A DNA stretch of 63,266 nucleotides, counting the filler, from Lenisia limosa (taxonomy: Eukaryota > Protista > Breviatea), in assembly GCA_001655205.1 (NCBI GenBank). It is 8 parts of 8 records of this genome, joined end to end, with 100 filler letters (N's around TTAATTAATTAA, not from the genome) between each part and the next. Parts side by side here need not be neighbours in the genome. Positions count along the whole stretch, not along the records: positions 9,214 to 21,818 come from LPNZ01002449.1; positions 21,919 to 24,526 come from LPNZ01006675.1; positions 24,627 to 41,171 come from LPNZ01001939.1; 5 more parts are not named here. One strand, 5' to 3'. The notes beneath the pieces were generated by a model. That model was given only the letters and a program-made list of their open reading frames with translations, ran no database searches and had not been told where the DNA came from. Below, in pieces: positions 12,201 through 24,739 of the stretch. Positions within the stretch are counted from its first letter, which is position 1; the number at the start of each line of letters is the position of its first letter. Both the position numbers and the translations under genes were made by a program.

Positions 12201-13170
12201 GAATCCGTGTATGTAAAACCTGCCTAACCAACACCATCTATGCAATCATATAAAGATAATATCTAAGAATAATAATGGAAAATAAAACTGCCCACGTGCC
12301 TCAAATGAACCTGATTTATGTATACGCTGCTGCCGCTACCACAAAACCCTATCCAACATCCAACCCAGAAACTATAGAAGGCGACCCCCCACCCCCATAC
12401 TGTATTTCAACAGGAACGATTACGAGTTCGTTGAAGGTGTTCAACCTATTTAGTCGTCCTAGATTACGTAAAACAAAACAAAACTTAGAAGGTATACAAT
12501 GGACCATTGTGAGAAAGTAAAACGATAGCTGAAAACAGCGACCCACGAGTTCTGCTTGAGGCATGTGACCTAGCTCTACGGCTTATCGGAGCCGACCTTG
12601 CCGTACTATAAAGTAAAGCAGATCCCCACATTCTTATTGATAAAGCATTCTTTTTTTTGTGACGCTTTCATTTCATATATTACTATTTCCTCATATCAAG
12701 AAGAAAGCCCTACTTCAGCTGCATAGAGGGCATGGAGGCTTGTTGTCTGACCGGAGGCGGTGTTCTAACATCGTGTAACTCAATGCTGTCACAATCACCA
12801 CCATCACTGATGGCCGATCCTACATCAATACATCAATACCAAAATAATAAAGGAGATCCATAATATTTTTCAATAATTTCTATGTTTTGAATGATGATAT
12901 TTGGAACTGTGCTTCCTTCACCCACTTTCCATTCTTCAACTCAGTCTCGGAAGTAGTACCCGGTCTATATCGTAAAACTCGGGGAAGTTACTAACATTTT
13001 CATAAAATTAACTTCTTCCTTTCAAACCAAAAAGAATCTTGTGTATGTGAGCTGTTAAATTCAACAGAAATGAAAGAAACTGAAATAGGATGAATCCTAT
13101 TCCAAATACAAATATGCAATGGCAAACCAAATGCTCCATTCTTCCGAGAGTTTTGTGCAGCTTTTGCCCG
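9265..13170 (-). CDS. TVP38/TMEM64-family (VTT / SNARE-associated) membrane protein; ends uncertain, core 9880-12010
   Basis: GGFPLMQGHSFFIMCCGMLYG, GWGYGVILAICAANIGSFFGFFCSRLFLK-GWIRGQF, RIVYLIRMSPIPFSVTNGLSG, ISFYVKR-ALRRAV spliced in phase. Confidence 0.75.
10180..10255 (-). repeat. Intron repeat family 2 copy starting at a splice donor
   Basis: GTATACTGGAGCACCAAATCCAATATACC..GTGTGGTTGGCTTTTGGCCAGACACAAC directly after the exon ending YVKR. Confidence 0.6.
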
Positions 13171-13647
13171 TTTTATTTAGTCCTTTTGTTTCAATGAAAA
13201 CGAAGAAACGTCAATAAATAAGCAATGATAAGAGGGCAGATGAATTGAAGAGGAAAAAGGTAAGGCCAGGTACAAAATTTGCAAATTCACTAAACTTCTT
13301 TAAAACACTTAAATATCAATCTTTCTATTTGTGTGTTCTTATGAAGCTAAAGAAGGGTCAAAACTGGATCTGAAGAAAACTGAAAAAAAAATCAAAAGAC
13401 AAATATTATATATAGATATTATACCTGGGAGGTAAAACACCCATTTTTTACTATTTAAAATTGCTCTTATAGGAACGAAAAAATCACAATTTGATGACGA
13501 CAACGTTTTTATTTCTTGTTTTTGTTCTAATAACATTTGATAGGCGCGTTTCAGGAAGGAAACAGTGAGGGGATTTTTTTCTTTCTCTGTACAGCGGCTT
13601 TATTATTCCTTCTATATTTTCACTGAGCTAAGTTTTGTTTTATATAA

Positions 13648-15895
13648 ATGATTTGTAGGGAACAGCGGGTTATTTCCTATTGTATGCTATTTTCCATTTC
13701 TATCTCTTCATCAGTTTATTCTGTTAGGTGCCTCAATGAAGATGGTGCCCCTGTCGATTGGTTTGTAACCCTTAAACTGCCACCATGCAGCAGTTGCCCT
13801 GGACAAGGAGCGGGATATCTCTTTGCCGACGATACCAACCCACAACTTCGGGATCTTGGCAAACGTCTCGATACTTTACAGGGAAGCGAGACTTCTGCAG
13901 TCGTGGTAGGGAGCTTAAAATGACTAGTTACACATTTAAAAATACGTAAATTAAGCTACTCTTTTTTGACACACATGTTGCTACTTACCCCTTCAGAACA
14001 CTTTGAATCAGATCTATTCCGATCAGCACAACGAGACAGCTTGGGGAATGTACAATGACCAAACCGCCCATAATTGGCCGGTGAGTCTTTACCATAGGGG
14101 GTTAATCAAAATGGTATAATTTAGGTATATTATGTAATAATTTAGGTATGTAATACATTGATATATCACATTCCGATGTTTAATTTTTTGACTTTTTTCA
14201 TGACACAGTTTTTTTTTTTCCTCATTACTAAATTCTACTTAATTATTTTGACTTTCTGATTATTTTTATGTCCTCAATAGCTGCCCCACCATCCGGTAAG
14301 CTGGTTAGGGGGAGAGGAGGGGGAGGCGTCTTTGTGTTGTTAAATTATAATAATTAATCTATTTTTGTTGTATGAGCGTGTTTTATGGCATTTCTTCTAT
14401 TATTTTCACTGATAGTGAGGCAACCCATAACACATTAGACGCACATATATGGACACTCCAAAGGAACGTTTGCTTTTGATAAGACCTCTGGTTTCTGGCT
14501 TGTTCATTCGGTGCCGCGATACCCTTCTCCTCCATTCATGGTATGGTCATAAATTTACTGAAAGTTTATTGATTCTTCATAACATTTCAGGGCAACTTGA
14601 CGCTGGATACTAACTTTTGGAGTTTGAGGGGAGATGGACTTTTTATTTTGCAAAATATTTCAGGATTTGTAACTCAGTAACAAATTTTGCCTCTATCCCT
14701 TACCAGGGTAAACACTGGCCTTTGTTTTTACCCCAAATTATTGCAGGTAACGGACAGTCCTTCCTCTGCATCAGTCTTGAATCCAAGCAATTTGAAAACA
14801 TGGCCAAGCAGTTCACCAACACCCATCCGTTCTTCTATGACCACTTTATGCCAAAAACGTGAGTTTAATTAGTAATATTTTTCACAGACTCGAAACAGGT
14901 ACACATAGTACACTAAATATGGGGAATATACACCATATTCCCGTGTCCCAGTGGAATTAATCTCACACGATACAATCTGCCTTAAATTATGCCATTGTTT
15001 TTCTTCAAGATATGGATATAGATATGTGATACTTACAATACAGACTCGAGCGTCAATATCCTCTTTTAACAAAGATCCTTGACAACGCCCCCGAAAAACA
15101 AGCAGATGTGACCAGTGAGCTGAAGTTTGTCACAATGAAAGGTGTTGAATTTATGCAGTAAGTGGGCGGGTTTCCTGATTGGTAGGAATCTCACCTCCCA
15201 GCTATGCCAAAAATAGAGGGTGGGACCATGATATTTACGAAGGCCTTCTTGCTCCTGCACTGCAGTGTGATATGCTTGGTAGGCAACGTGATGCCACTCG
15301 TATGTTGTTAAAATAAGCGGTGGCTACTATCGCTGAAATATTGTGTACTTTGGTATTTATTCTGATTGGGCCTTACAGTTTAGCTGAAACATGGATCAGG
15401 AACCCTCCCCTTCCGTCATTTTGCCGTCCAAAATACCGATATGAAGTTCATAACATTCAAAGAATCTCAGTAAGCAGTTATTTGTCTAAACAAAACATAA
15501 AGCGGTTTTGTCTTTTTTGTAGTTGTCTTTGTTGACCATTTCAGGTTCCGTCAGACGGCTCTGATTGGCTCAGAACAGTAGATCATTCAAAAGTCGGTTT
15601 CCAGATCAATGGATCTTCCCATGAACTTCCCTCCGTTTTCATGCTGTAGTGGGGGATTCCAGTTCCTGCATGCAATAAGCCTGTTGTGTGCATCGGCGAT
15701 ATTAACCGTATGGACAGTAGTCGTGGGGGAGGCTATTTGTGTGTCCACCACTCTCAGCTCTATGCTGAATTCCACGCTCTTGTAAGAAATGTAAGGGGAA
15801 GGATGAAAGACTACTTTTCTGTCAGTTTGGCCCCACAATCGCTCTATGTTATTCACCTTTTTCTAAACCTCTAGCTTGATGAATGCGACGAGTAG
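13648..15895 (+). CDS. DNASE2: Deoxyribonuclease II family
   Basis: Signal peptide; CLNEDGAPVDWFVTLKLP; YNDQ; GHSKG..FWLVHSVPRYP; second motif DHSK-W; CIGDINRM..RGGGYLC; ends LDECDE*. Confidence 0.92.
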
Positions 15896-16489
15896 CGATA
15901 GACCCATTTCTTTGATGGTAATTTATGTATTATGTTGTGTTGTTTCATTGTTCTATTGGAACAAGAGTGTCAGACATGAGATGTCTTTTGAGAACATGAG
16001 AATGGTTTTTAAAACAAAATAAGTGCAAAATAAAATTGAAATATGAGGCAAAAATAAGGAGACACCAAGAGTTGAGAGTATACCATGCATTGGAAGTTGA
16101 GAAATATGTACCAAAATATTAACTGTGAAGACGACTTTGTGAATGAGTAGTGTTTCTAATTGGATGGTTAGCAGTACAATGGGGTAAGTGAAACTGTGTT
16201 GGATGCTGAGATTGGGCGCCAATTGGTTGCTACTACTGAGAGTGGAAGAGGTTACGTGAAACTAACGACACGTGAAATGAGTAACACTCAATGTGGGGAA
16301 CTAGGGAGTACGCTACAAACTTCCTTATTTGGTAAGTTTGAAAGTGGTCTGAAATTTTTAATCCGCGACAAGAGATTATCTTCCATCTTAATATACTGTT
16401 CTTCTTCGTGCTTCCATCACAACCACCGAACATCGCAGTGAAAGTGTCTTCCTCAAAGCTCTGCTCTCTGTCCCCTGACTGCTTATACA

Positions 16490-19472
16490 ATGGGAATGGT
16501 GCCTCGGTACCTTTTCATTGTTGAATGGGCACTGGTTTGCTACTTGTTGGTCTCCCATGCTGCAGCTGTAGAAATGATGGTTGTGGAAACCACAATCTGT
16601 AAGTTATGCAGCAGTTTTATTCACTACCTAGATGAGAGCAATAACGTGTACTTTGATACAAAATGTGAATCCCATTTAATTGATCAAAAAGCTATCTTTT
16701 ACTTCACTGCTCCTAAAAACGCTGAGGTACGGTCACTTTCAAGTATTCAATTGGGATAAGAACCGCAATGTTTAATATAACTCTTCAGATCATCAGAGTA
16801 TCCTTCAATCCCTCGGAATCTTCCCCCCGCCATGTTGTTGAGTATGATAAGGATCGATCCACAAAATAATGTGACAGTCAGCCCCTGTATCAAAATTCTC
16901 CAATTTTCATAAGATTATTTGTCCTACTGACGAAACACTCATTTGAATCTTTGAGTCCATTAATTGTGTATCAGAGTAGAATTGTTGTCCAATTTTCATA
17001 AGAGCTCAGATTGTGAAACCATTCTCTTCTATTCAACTTTTTAACTCTTACTATTTGAGGCAAGGTCTGAAACCCTCTGATATAAACGCAAAGTTCCACT
17101 GTAATCACACACCGGGCCATAATCTGTTCAAGTCAAAAGAACAAAATGTGGGAGTTTATTCTATTTTGAGATATTGGAGAGGCATAACTCTTGGTAGGTC
17201 ACTGTAGTTATTGAAGGCCAGGAAATTCAACAAGACAAGTGGGAACTACATGGACTGTGGAAGAGTCTTTTAAGTTGGTGATGAAACTTGGTTAATTCAA
17301 TCCTTGAATGGGACATGTCGTTACGTCTTCAGGAGCTGAAGATAAAGGAGGGTGTGGATGGAGTCACGAAGTTCTTGAAGGGTGGGCGAAATGCAAAATA
17401 GCCATTTCATTAGTAACATGGTAACATGTCATTGTTTCAGCCGCGTTGTGACCAAAATCTACGGAGTAGCGTCGATATCCATGATCACTCAAAATGAACA
17501 AAATTTGCTCTACTCTTCATCAATAATTACGGTTGGATTTCATGCTTTCAAGTTTCCAATAAAAAGAGTAAATGATTTTGATGGTATTTGGTGAATTTAT
17601 TTTCATAGGGTGATGACACTCACATATTAAAATCTAATCGCTTAGTTTCCTATTACAATTGAAGTGTCATCATTTGCTATTCCAACTGAGACAATTCTTG
17701 GCCTCAAACAAACCCATGGAGAAACATACGAAGGAACATTGTCATCTCACCAGTTGGACTGCGAAAATTTCCATTTCGTCTCATCCAACAGGACATCAGA
17801 TACGGCAAGCTTTGTTGAAGGGCTGATTGTCGTTAACCAGCCAGCTGTGGTCCTCCTGAAGGATTCCTTTTTGAAGGACGGACGGCAATATTTCAGTGTT
17901 AGTTTGTCTTGGGTGTTACATATCAGCAGAAGCTGTATATGTTGTAAGACTAATTATCAATTGAAATATGTAAAAGGGGAGCTTCTATCTCTAACCACAA
18001 AAATCAGGCATTTCTGTAACACTCACAGATTTTGGTAATCGGTGACAAGCTTCTTCCGCTTTCTACTGCATTTCTCAATGCACAGTCAACCGAAGGATAT
18101 TTGTCAACAAGAGTTTGGGAAGGTAAGCAGGTTACTTTGGTCATTTTTGGGCAAGATGTTAACTTGATTTCTGAAATAAACCGGAGTTTCTCAAAATAAT
18201 CCTTGATTTATATGGAAATTAAGGGATATTTGGGGTGGAATGTAAAATGGGTCACGTGTATCCTAATTTCCAGAGAATAATCATACAGTAAGAGGCAGAT
18301 AATATTTCCTGACTATTAAGGGAAAGTCTCTGTTGGGGACTCGATATCAACGTCACTTACGACTGTTTCGTACAAGGTAGAAGATGCAAGCCCAGACAAC
18401 AAGGAATTCCTCATCAAAATTCGACTTCTTACAAGGTGAGCTATCATATTCTGCTGTATCCGTTTAAATATGTCCAATTGTTTGATGACAACAAATGAAA
18501 ATAGGTTACTTTTTAGCAACATGGAGTCGGGTAATTCTGAGTCTGTCATCTGCCAAATTTCACGCAAGTCCCTCACCTCAATCCAACCAATGCCGATGAA
18601 GTATGTAGAATAATAATGACGAAAACGTTCTGATGTTGAAAAATGAAAGTGAAGCCCCTACATTTTTTAGGAATTTACTTTTTAGACCAAGTACATCTCC
18701 CAATTTTGGACCATCCTCCCCCATCCCATCTACCCCAATGGACTCCCAACCTGAAACTGGTTGGTTATGGTCATTTTACAACTGTTCATTCTGTAACATT
18801 ACGAATGTGTGATTGTGTGTTATTCTTGTTTAACAAATCAATGACGTTCCAAGTTTCTATCCGTTGAAATAGTACTGACTGAATGAAGCCACATAATCCT
18901 TCAGATTCAGGGAATTCCACCGCTTCCAGTAGTTCCACAGAACCATTAACAGCCCAAGCACCCAAACTTCCCCCCATCCTGGCAAACATGTCCTCCCAAA
19001 ACAGAGTGCTCTTAGGAACAGCGGCCGGTCTATCTCTCGTGGCTTTGGTAGTTGCAAAGAGAATTGTTGCCAAGAGGGCTGAAGCGGTTAAATCTGTCAG
19101 CAGCAACAGACATGCTGCTTCGGATTCAAGGTGAACTGAGTTGGAGAAAATACTGAAAATGACTTGGTTAATGGAAAGTATTCTGAATGGCAACTATTGC
19201 TATTCACATTAAAAAACATGAATTTATATGGCTTTTTGATACTAATGTACTAACAACACAGTATGCTTCCACCAATACGCGAGAGAGACAATCAAATAAA
19301 CTCGCTACACCACCAAGGCCAATACAACACAATCACTGTCGATGGGTATGAGATGAACGACTCTCATTCCGTTGTGCCCTATTTGGACTCCACAATAGAT
19401 GAGGATTTCGAAGAAAGCTACGACGATGACCATTGTGCCTATAACTCGGAAGACCTTTTAGAGACGCCATAA
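16490..19472 (+). CDS. Hypothetical single-pass type I membrane protein
   Basis: Signal-like start (MVPRYLFIVEWALVCYLLVSHAAA), ~10 exons, Ser-rich stalk, TM VLLGTAAGLSLVALVVA followed by KR, acidic tail ending EDLLETP*. Confidence 0.55.
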
Positions 19473-19503
19473 TGCATTTTATTCTTTTGTAACATCACGG
19501 ACA

Positions 19504-21150
19504 CTAATAAATACTTGATGATGTGCGTTTGTGGGTACTAAATATGTCAAATCGTTTCACAGAATTATTGTTTTCGGATTTGAATTGTAACCCTACGTTG
19601 TTTTGATGAGCTTCCTGATAGTTTCTTCCATAACACTTGGTGTTGTAGGAACGGTAGATGTCGACTAGAGGTGTTATGAAAAGAAGGACCAAAGACAACT
19701 CACGGGTGCAGAATGTGGCAACGAAATGCTGACTTCAGGAACATTCTCCCCAAGGACAACATCATTAAGCTGGGCATTTTCCTCTCCTGATCCATTAGTT
19801 TCATTAAAAATTGTCACGAAAAGCACAAACAAGGTTCAATACGCTGTGGATTCATAATATTAGGCATACTAATTCTTTTGCACCGCAAAAGGTCAACGGT
19901 ATAAGAGGAGAAACTTATCTAAATTGGTAATCACCTATACAATATCGGATAGAATACTCACCAAAAGTGCTAACATACTCAACCAATGAAGAATAGCGCT
20001 TCGCGACATTTCCTCCCAATCCCCACGAACTACAAGTCACTTTCAAAAAAGACCCACTTCCACTGGTATCAGGATGATGCGTGAAAGAATCCAAAATAAT
20101 AAACACGCAACATGCGGGGGTAAGTAGCTTTAACAACGTTGGAAACTGAAGTTGATAATTGGTCCCAAAATAAGCTTACCAGCCCTAGCCATGATAATCC
20201 TCTTCTTAAGAATATGATTGACATTAGTGTAATGTGAACAACTCCGGTACCATAAAACACCGCTGATGATGTCTAATACAATAAGGTATACATGCTGTGT
20301 TTTGATACCAGTTCGTTTATTACGCTTACTTGGTGAATAACACTTTGAATATTTGCCTGCTCAATTCCTTTTATAACTTCAAGGTAGTCTTTCTACAGGG
20401 TAATGTGCGCAGTGGTTATTTTCACACCTGTAATGGGACAATTGCTTGGATCATACAGCCAAATGAGCACATAGTTCCTGTTACCACCACCCAACTTGAT
20501 ATGTATCCTGTCAGGTTGGTCAGATAAGTGTTGTCATATTTCAATTCCATTCCAACCAATCACCTGAAACCTCCAAAAGGGGTAGTAAGTCCTTCTTTAC
20601 CACTTTTATGGAGATGTAAAGACTAAGTCCTGTTGCTAATAGCCCGACAGCAAAGACATATCTGAAGTAAGTTCAGTTTCCCAGTATTCAAAATATAATT
20701 CATGTTAAATGTGGTGTAAATTTGTCCTATTAGCACCTCCGCGAAATCACCTTTTGAAGATAGTAATATTCTTATACAATGTTATTATTGTCCAATTCGT
20801 TACAATAAATTCCAATTCAAATTTTAAAACGATTAAACAGAGCTCATCACCCTCCCTCTAACCGCTCTGGTGAGTGGATTCCAAGAAGAGAAACGAAGGG
20901 CCACAGTAGTCCACCAGGAATATGGTCATTGGTAACCACAAGAATGTAACAAACGATCATGGAAGTCAATCCCACTGCATAATGATAACATCATAATCAA
21001 AGGCTTCCATTTAACAAACCAAACACAATATTGTGAAGTGGGACTATACGATTGCTTACATGTTGACGTGACAATTGGGTAGTACACTCGAAACTTTGAT
21101 AACATGAGCTTGGTCTTCCAATTTTTGATACCTCTTCCAATTCTTTTCAT
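19504..21150 (-). CDS. Frag1/DRAM/Sfk1 (TMEM150-like) multi-pass membrane protein
   Basis: HSPER-YVFAVGLLATGLSLYISIKV, GTMCSFGCMIQAIVPLQ, SSAVFYGTGVVHITL, SLVEYV; topology and motif order match the family as I recall it. Confidence 0.6.
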
Positions 21151-21818
21151 TTTACCTGCTTGAAAAGTTAGAGTTATGTGAGAAAATTAAGAAAGAGCAG
21201 TAGAGAGGGAACCCTTTTTGGGCAATACCAGTATTATATCCGAGATCATCGAAACTGATTTGTCATATACAAAAAACTCCATCTCAACCAGCATACCTGT
21301 ATGTTGATGGGTGTTGCTTATACTGCACCTGACACCCTTTCTTCTGGACAACAACACGAGGGAACGTGATCAGCAGATCAGAGCTGAAGAAACAGGGAAA
21401 AAACCAAAAAAACTGGAAAACTGGCCCCATTCTTATTCTCTCTTCAGCATATTGTGTTTGTTAACCAAAGGAAGAAGATTGAAAGGAAAATAACAAAAAT
21501 AGCTCCACATTATAATGATGTAAGGTAGGTCAAGTTACAACGAAATGAAAAACACCGATCTTCTTGCTGCTCATCATGCAGGTTTGTTAGACACCTTCTA
21601 AAGCACTTTTACTCTCTCATCTATTGAATGTCTTATGGGAACTTTGTTTTTTGTTCTTGTTTTGTCTGTTTCTTTTCTTGTTTTCAGAACAAAGGGGGAT
21701 GTTCCCACAGTTTTCATCATCACCCGTCTTGCAACATAGTCTAATTTTCCCATCTTCAAGTCCCACCACCATTACCCTCTAGTACTTGTTTATGTTATTG
21801 TTATTTTTGTTATATTAT

Positions 21819-21918
21819 NNNNNNNNNNNNNNNNNNNNNNNNNNNNNNNNNNNNNNNNNNNNTTAATTAATTAANNNNNNNNNNNNNNNNNNNNNNNNNN
21901 NNNNNNNNNNNNNNNNNN
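21819..21918. other. Artificial contig spacer
   Basis: 44 N + TTAATTAATTAA + 44 N. Confidence 0.97.
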
Positions 21919-21939
21919 CCACTGACATCACGTTAATTC

Positions 21940-23650
21940 ACTCGGCATCGCCACGAGAGAAGTCCTCCACTGAACAAGGTCAAGCATAGGCTGATCCTGA
22001 ATGGCATGGCCCTCTCTGCCCTCACATCCTAAATGGTGACTACGATCTCAAGCATCACGGCATTTCTCAACACGAATGGCAAGCACTCCAATCCAACCTC
22101 CAGTCTTGGTCTCACGATCGCGTCATCTCCATTTACTTCGACGATGTTTTCGGTGCCGCAAAGACCGAACTCATGGCCAAGAACATGCTCGCCATTCCTC
22201 ATCACCCTGGAGAGAGTTAGGCATCTGCTATGGTGAGCATAAGGTTGTCTCCCTCACAAGGAGATCTATCGTCTTAAGTGTTCCTTGATACTATATCAAT
22301 GACCACAAGGATTGGCCTCCTCAAGTGCCCCTCTTGGTCCGGAACCCCTCCCAAGTGTCTGACCAGAATGTTCCCATATGGTGTACCGACGCCAGTACCA
22401 CCCGTCTTGGTGGTTTTTGCTCAATCTCGGAGGAATACTTCTCCATCCCCATCCCTCCTAACCTCCAAGAATGTCACATCAACGTCCTCGAGCTCGCTGC
22501 CATGCGCATCGGTTACGACGAGTTTGGCTCCAAGTTCGGCCTACGTCAATGCTTGCTGGATGTGACAGCAAAGTCACGATTGAATGGTTAGCATAAATAT
22601 GATACAATGGAAAATCATACCCAATTATTTCGTATTATCCTGATCACATTCTACTTAACTGATTTTTAGGGTGGTACCGCGGCAGTGCCAGATTTGGTGT
22701 CAAAAACAAGCCTGTTATTGATGAATGGATCAGAGATCTCAACCACTGCCTCCTTAGACCGCCTCCACGCTCCACTTTGCGTACATTCCCTCGGCTACCA
22801 ATGCCCTCGCTGCCAGCCAAGAAGACATCTCTAGTCCAAAGGCCTAACCCACATTCATCCCAGCCCAACATGGCTCAAAAATATGTTCCCCCCCTTTTTG
22901 TCTGACAGTCTATCACTCTCTAACAATGTATTTATAATAATTTAAGTCCATCAAGTGTGATGCTGTATCCCAATACTCATTCCATTATCATAGAAGGGGT
23001 ATCAAGTCGTGCGAGGAAGTGAAAATGAAACCACTTCCCATTACAGAAGAGAAAGTTTATCATTGTTATGGTAACATTATAAATTTCTTTTAGGTTGAAT
23101 TATGGTTGGTTTTCATCTCCCCGGGCATGAAGGGAAGACAGACCTGCTCAGGCTATGTTTCCGCTCTCGCCCACTACGCAGCCATAAATGGCTAGCCCCA
23201 CCCCATCAAAGGACGTTATGCAGCCCAAAGGTATAAGATTACAAGTCATACCTTATTAATTATCCAGAATGATCCTGAGCATCAGCAGGGCCAACAAGTC
23301 CAAGCCAGGATATGTCGTCCGCCCAGTTCCACAAGCTCGTACGCACCGGCCGACTGGAAGAAAAATATCCTCATCCGAGCCATTTACCTCGTAGATTACT
23401 ACGGAATCAGTCGCATGGGCGATCCCCCCCCCCCCCCNNNNNNNNNNNNNNNNNNNNNNNNNNNNNNNNNNNNNNNNNNNNNNNNNNNNNNNNNNNNNNN
23501 NNNNNNNGGCCAGCATGACAAGTGAAATTCACAAAGAATTCCCCTCACTTCCCCGTCAACTTTACCTACGAATCCTCTCCCCTCCTTGATCTCCTTCTTT
23601 GCGAACCTTCTCAGAGAATTCCTGCTTCCAGCTCTAGGAGCAACCAAGTT
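21940..23650 (+). mobile_element. Degenerate tyrosine-recombinase retrotransposon (DIRS/Ngaro-like): RT, RNase H and YR remnants
   Basis: RT SIYFDDVFG; RNase H CTDAS..HINVLELAA and YIPSATNALA; YR-like GYVSALAHY and AIYLVDYYGISRMGD; stops and frameshifts; intronless and C-rich. Confidence 0.75.
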
Positions 23651-24526
23651 AATAATACCCTTATTTACTAACAATGAGAGGACTTTTAGGAAAAATGAAC
23701 AACTTTGTCATTTTTGATATTCGTGAACGCAATGGCGTCGGCACGCATTCACTAAATTCAGAAAAGTCAAGGTCACACTCGCGCTACCGTCCTTCACGAC
23801 GAAGAGATAACCTGAAACGGTGATGCGGGATGGTGGATGGGGCTCTCTCCGACAAGCCAAGAAATACATGCACTCATGCGGTGTTTAAGTTGTATCTGTT
23901 ATTTTCTTCATTTGATACAATGGTTCCCCAAGGGACAAACCGTAATTAATTTGGGTTATTTTGGTCCGGATCTCAGAGAGATCTGACCAGAAAAAGCCAG
24001 CATCTGTCCTCTTCACACTCAATTACGTGTCACCTTACCACAGTATCACATAGAAGGAAGTTAGAATATTTGTGTGCAATAACAAGAAGAATATAACAAA
24101 GCAATTTTGACCAAAAAGAAAAAGAAAGAAAAAAAAACGAAAACAGATCTTTTGATCAGAATCGCCCCCGGCCATGGTCCTTTACGCCAAAATATTTTTT
24201 AAAAACCCTATAAATATGTCAAAAATTTGGTCTTTTGTTATGATGAAAAGGAAGATTTTTGAAAATATGACCTGTGATTTGTTACTGGTATTTATCTTTG
24301 TTGTATTATATATTCAAAATTTTCTCTTCTTAGTTCGGATGACAAAAAAATGTTGGGTGACATAGATATCATATATATATATAATATACTATATGATATG
24401 ATATATCACACCGTCCATTTATCTGTGAATTTTCCTCTATCTGTGATTTTTTTTGACATATATACGAAAAATTTTGCTAAAAATATGGCATATAACTAAG
24501 AGAATTGTCATAACACTCTTGTTGCT

Positions 24527-24626
24527 NNNNNNNNNNNNNNNNNNNNNNNNNNNNNNNNNNNNNNNNNNNNTTAATTAATTAANNNNNNNNNNNNNNNNNN
24601 NNNNNNNNNNNNNNNNNNNNNNNNNN
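24527..24626. other. Artificial contig spacer
   Basis: 44 N + TTAATTAATTAA + 44 N. Confidence 0.97.
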
Positions 24627-24739
24627 GAACACTGGGTTAGTTGATACATATAATACATATATATACATGTATATATATATAGCTATATGATATTGACATA
24701 TTGATATATAGCTATATAATATGGGTTAATTGGGATTCT

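Noticed and set aside
16196-16490. Overlapping short ORFs on both strands
   Set aside because: No recognisable product or consistent exon chain; may be UTR or promoter
18786-19193. Minus ORF with lipase-like GGSLG
   Set aside because: Antisense shadow of the + strand stalk/TM exon, which has proper splice sites
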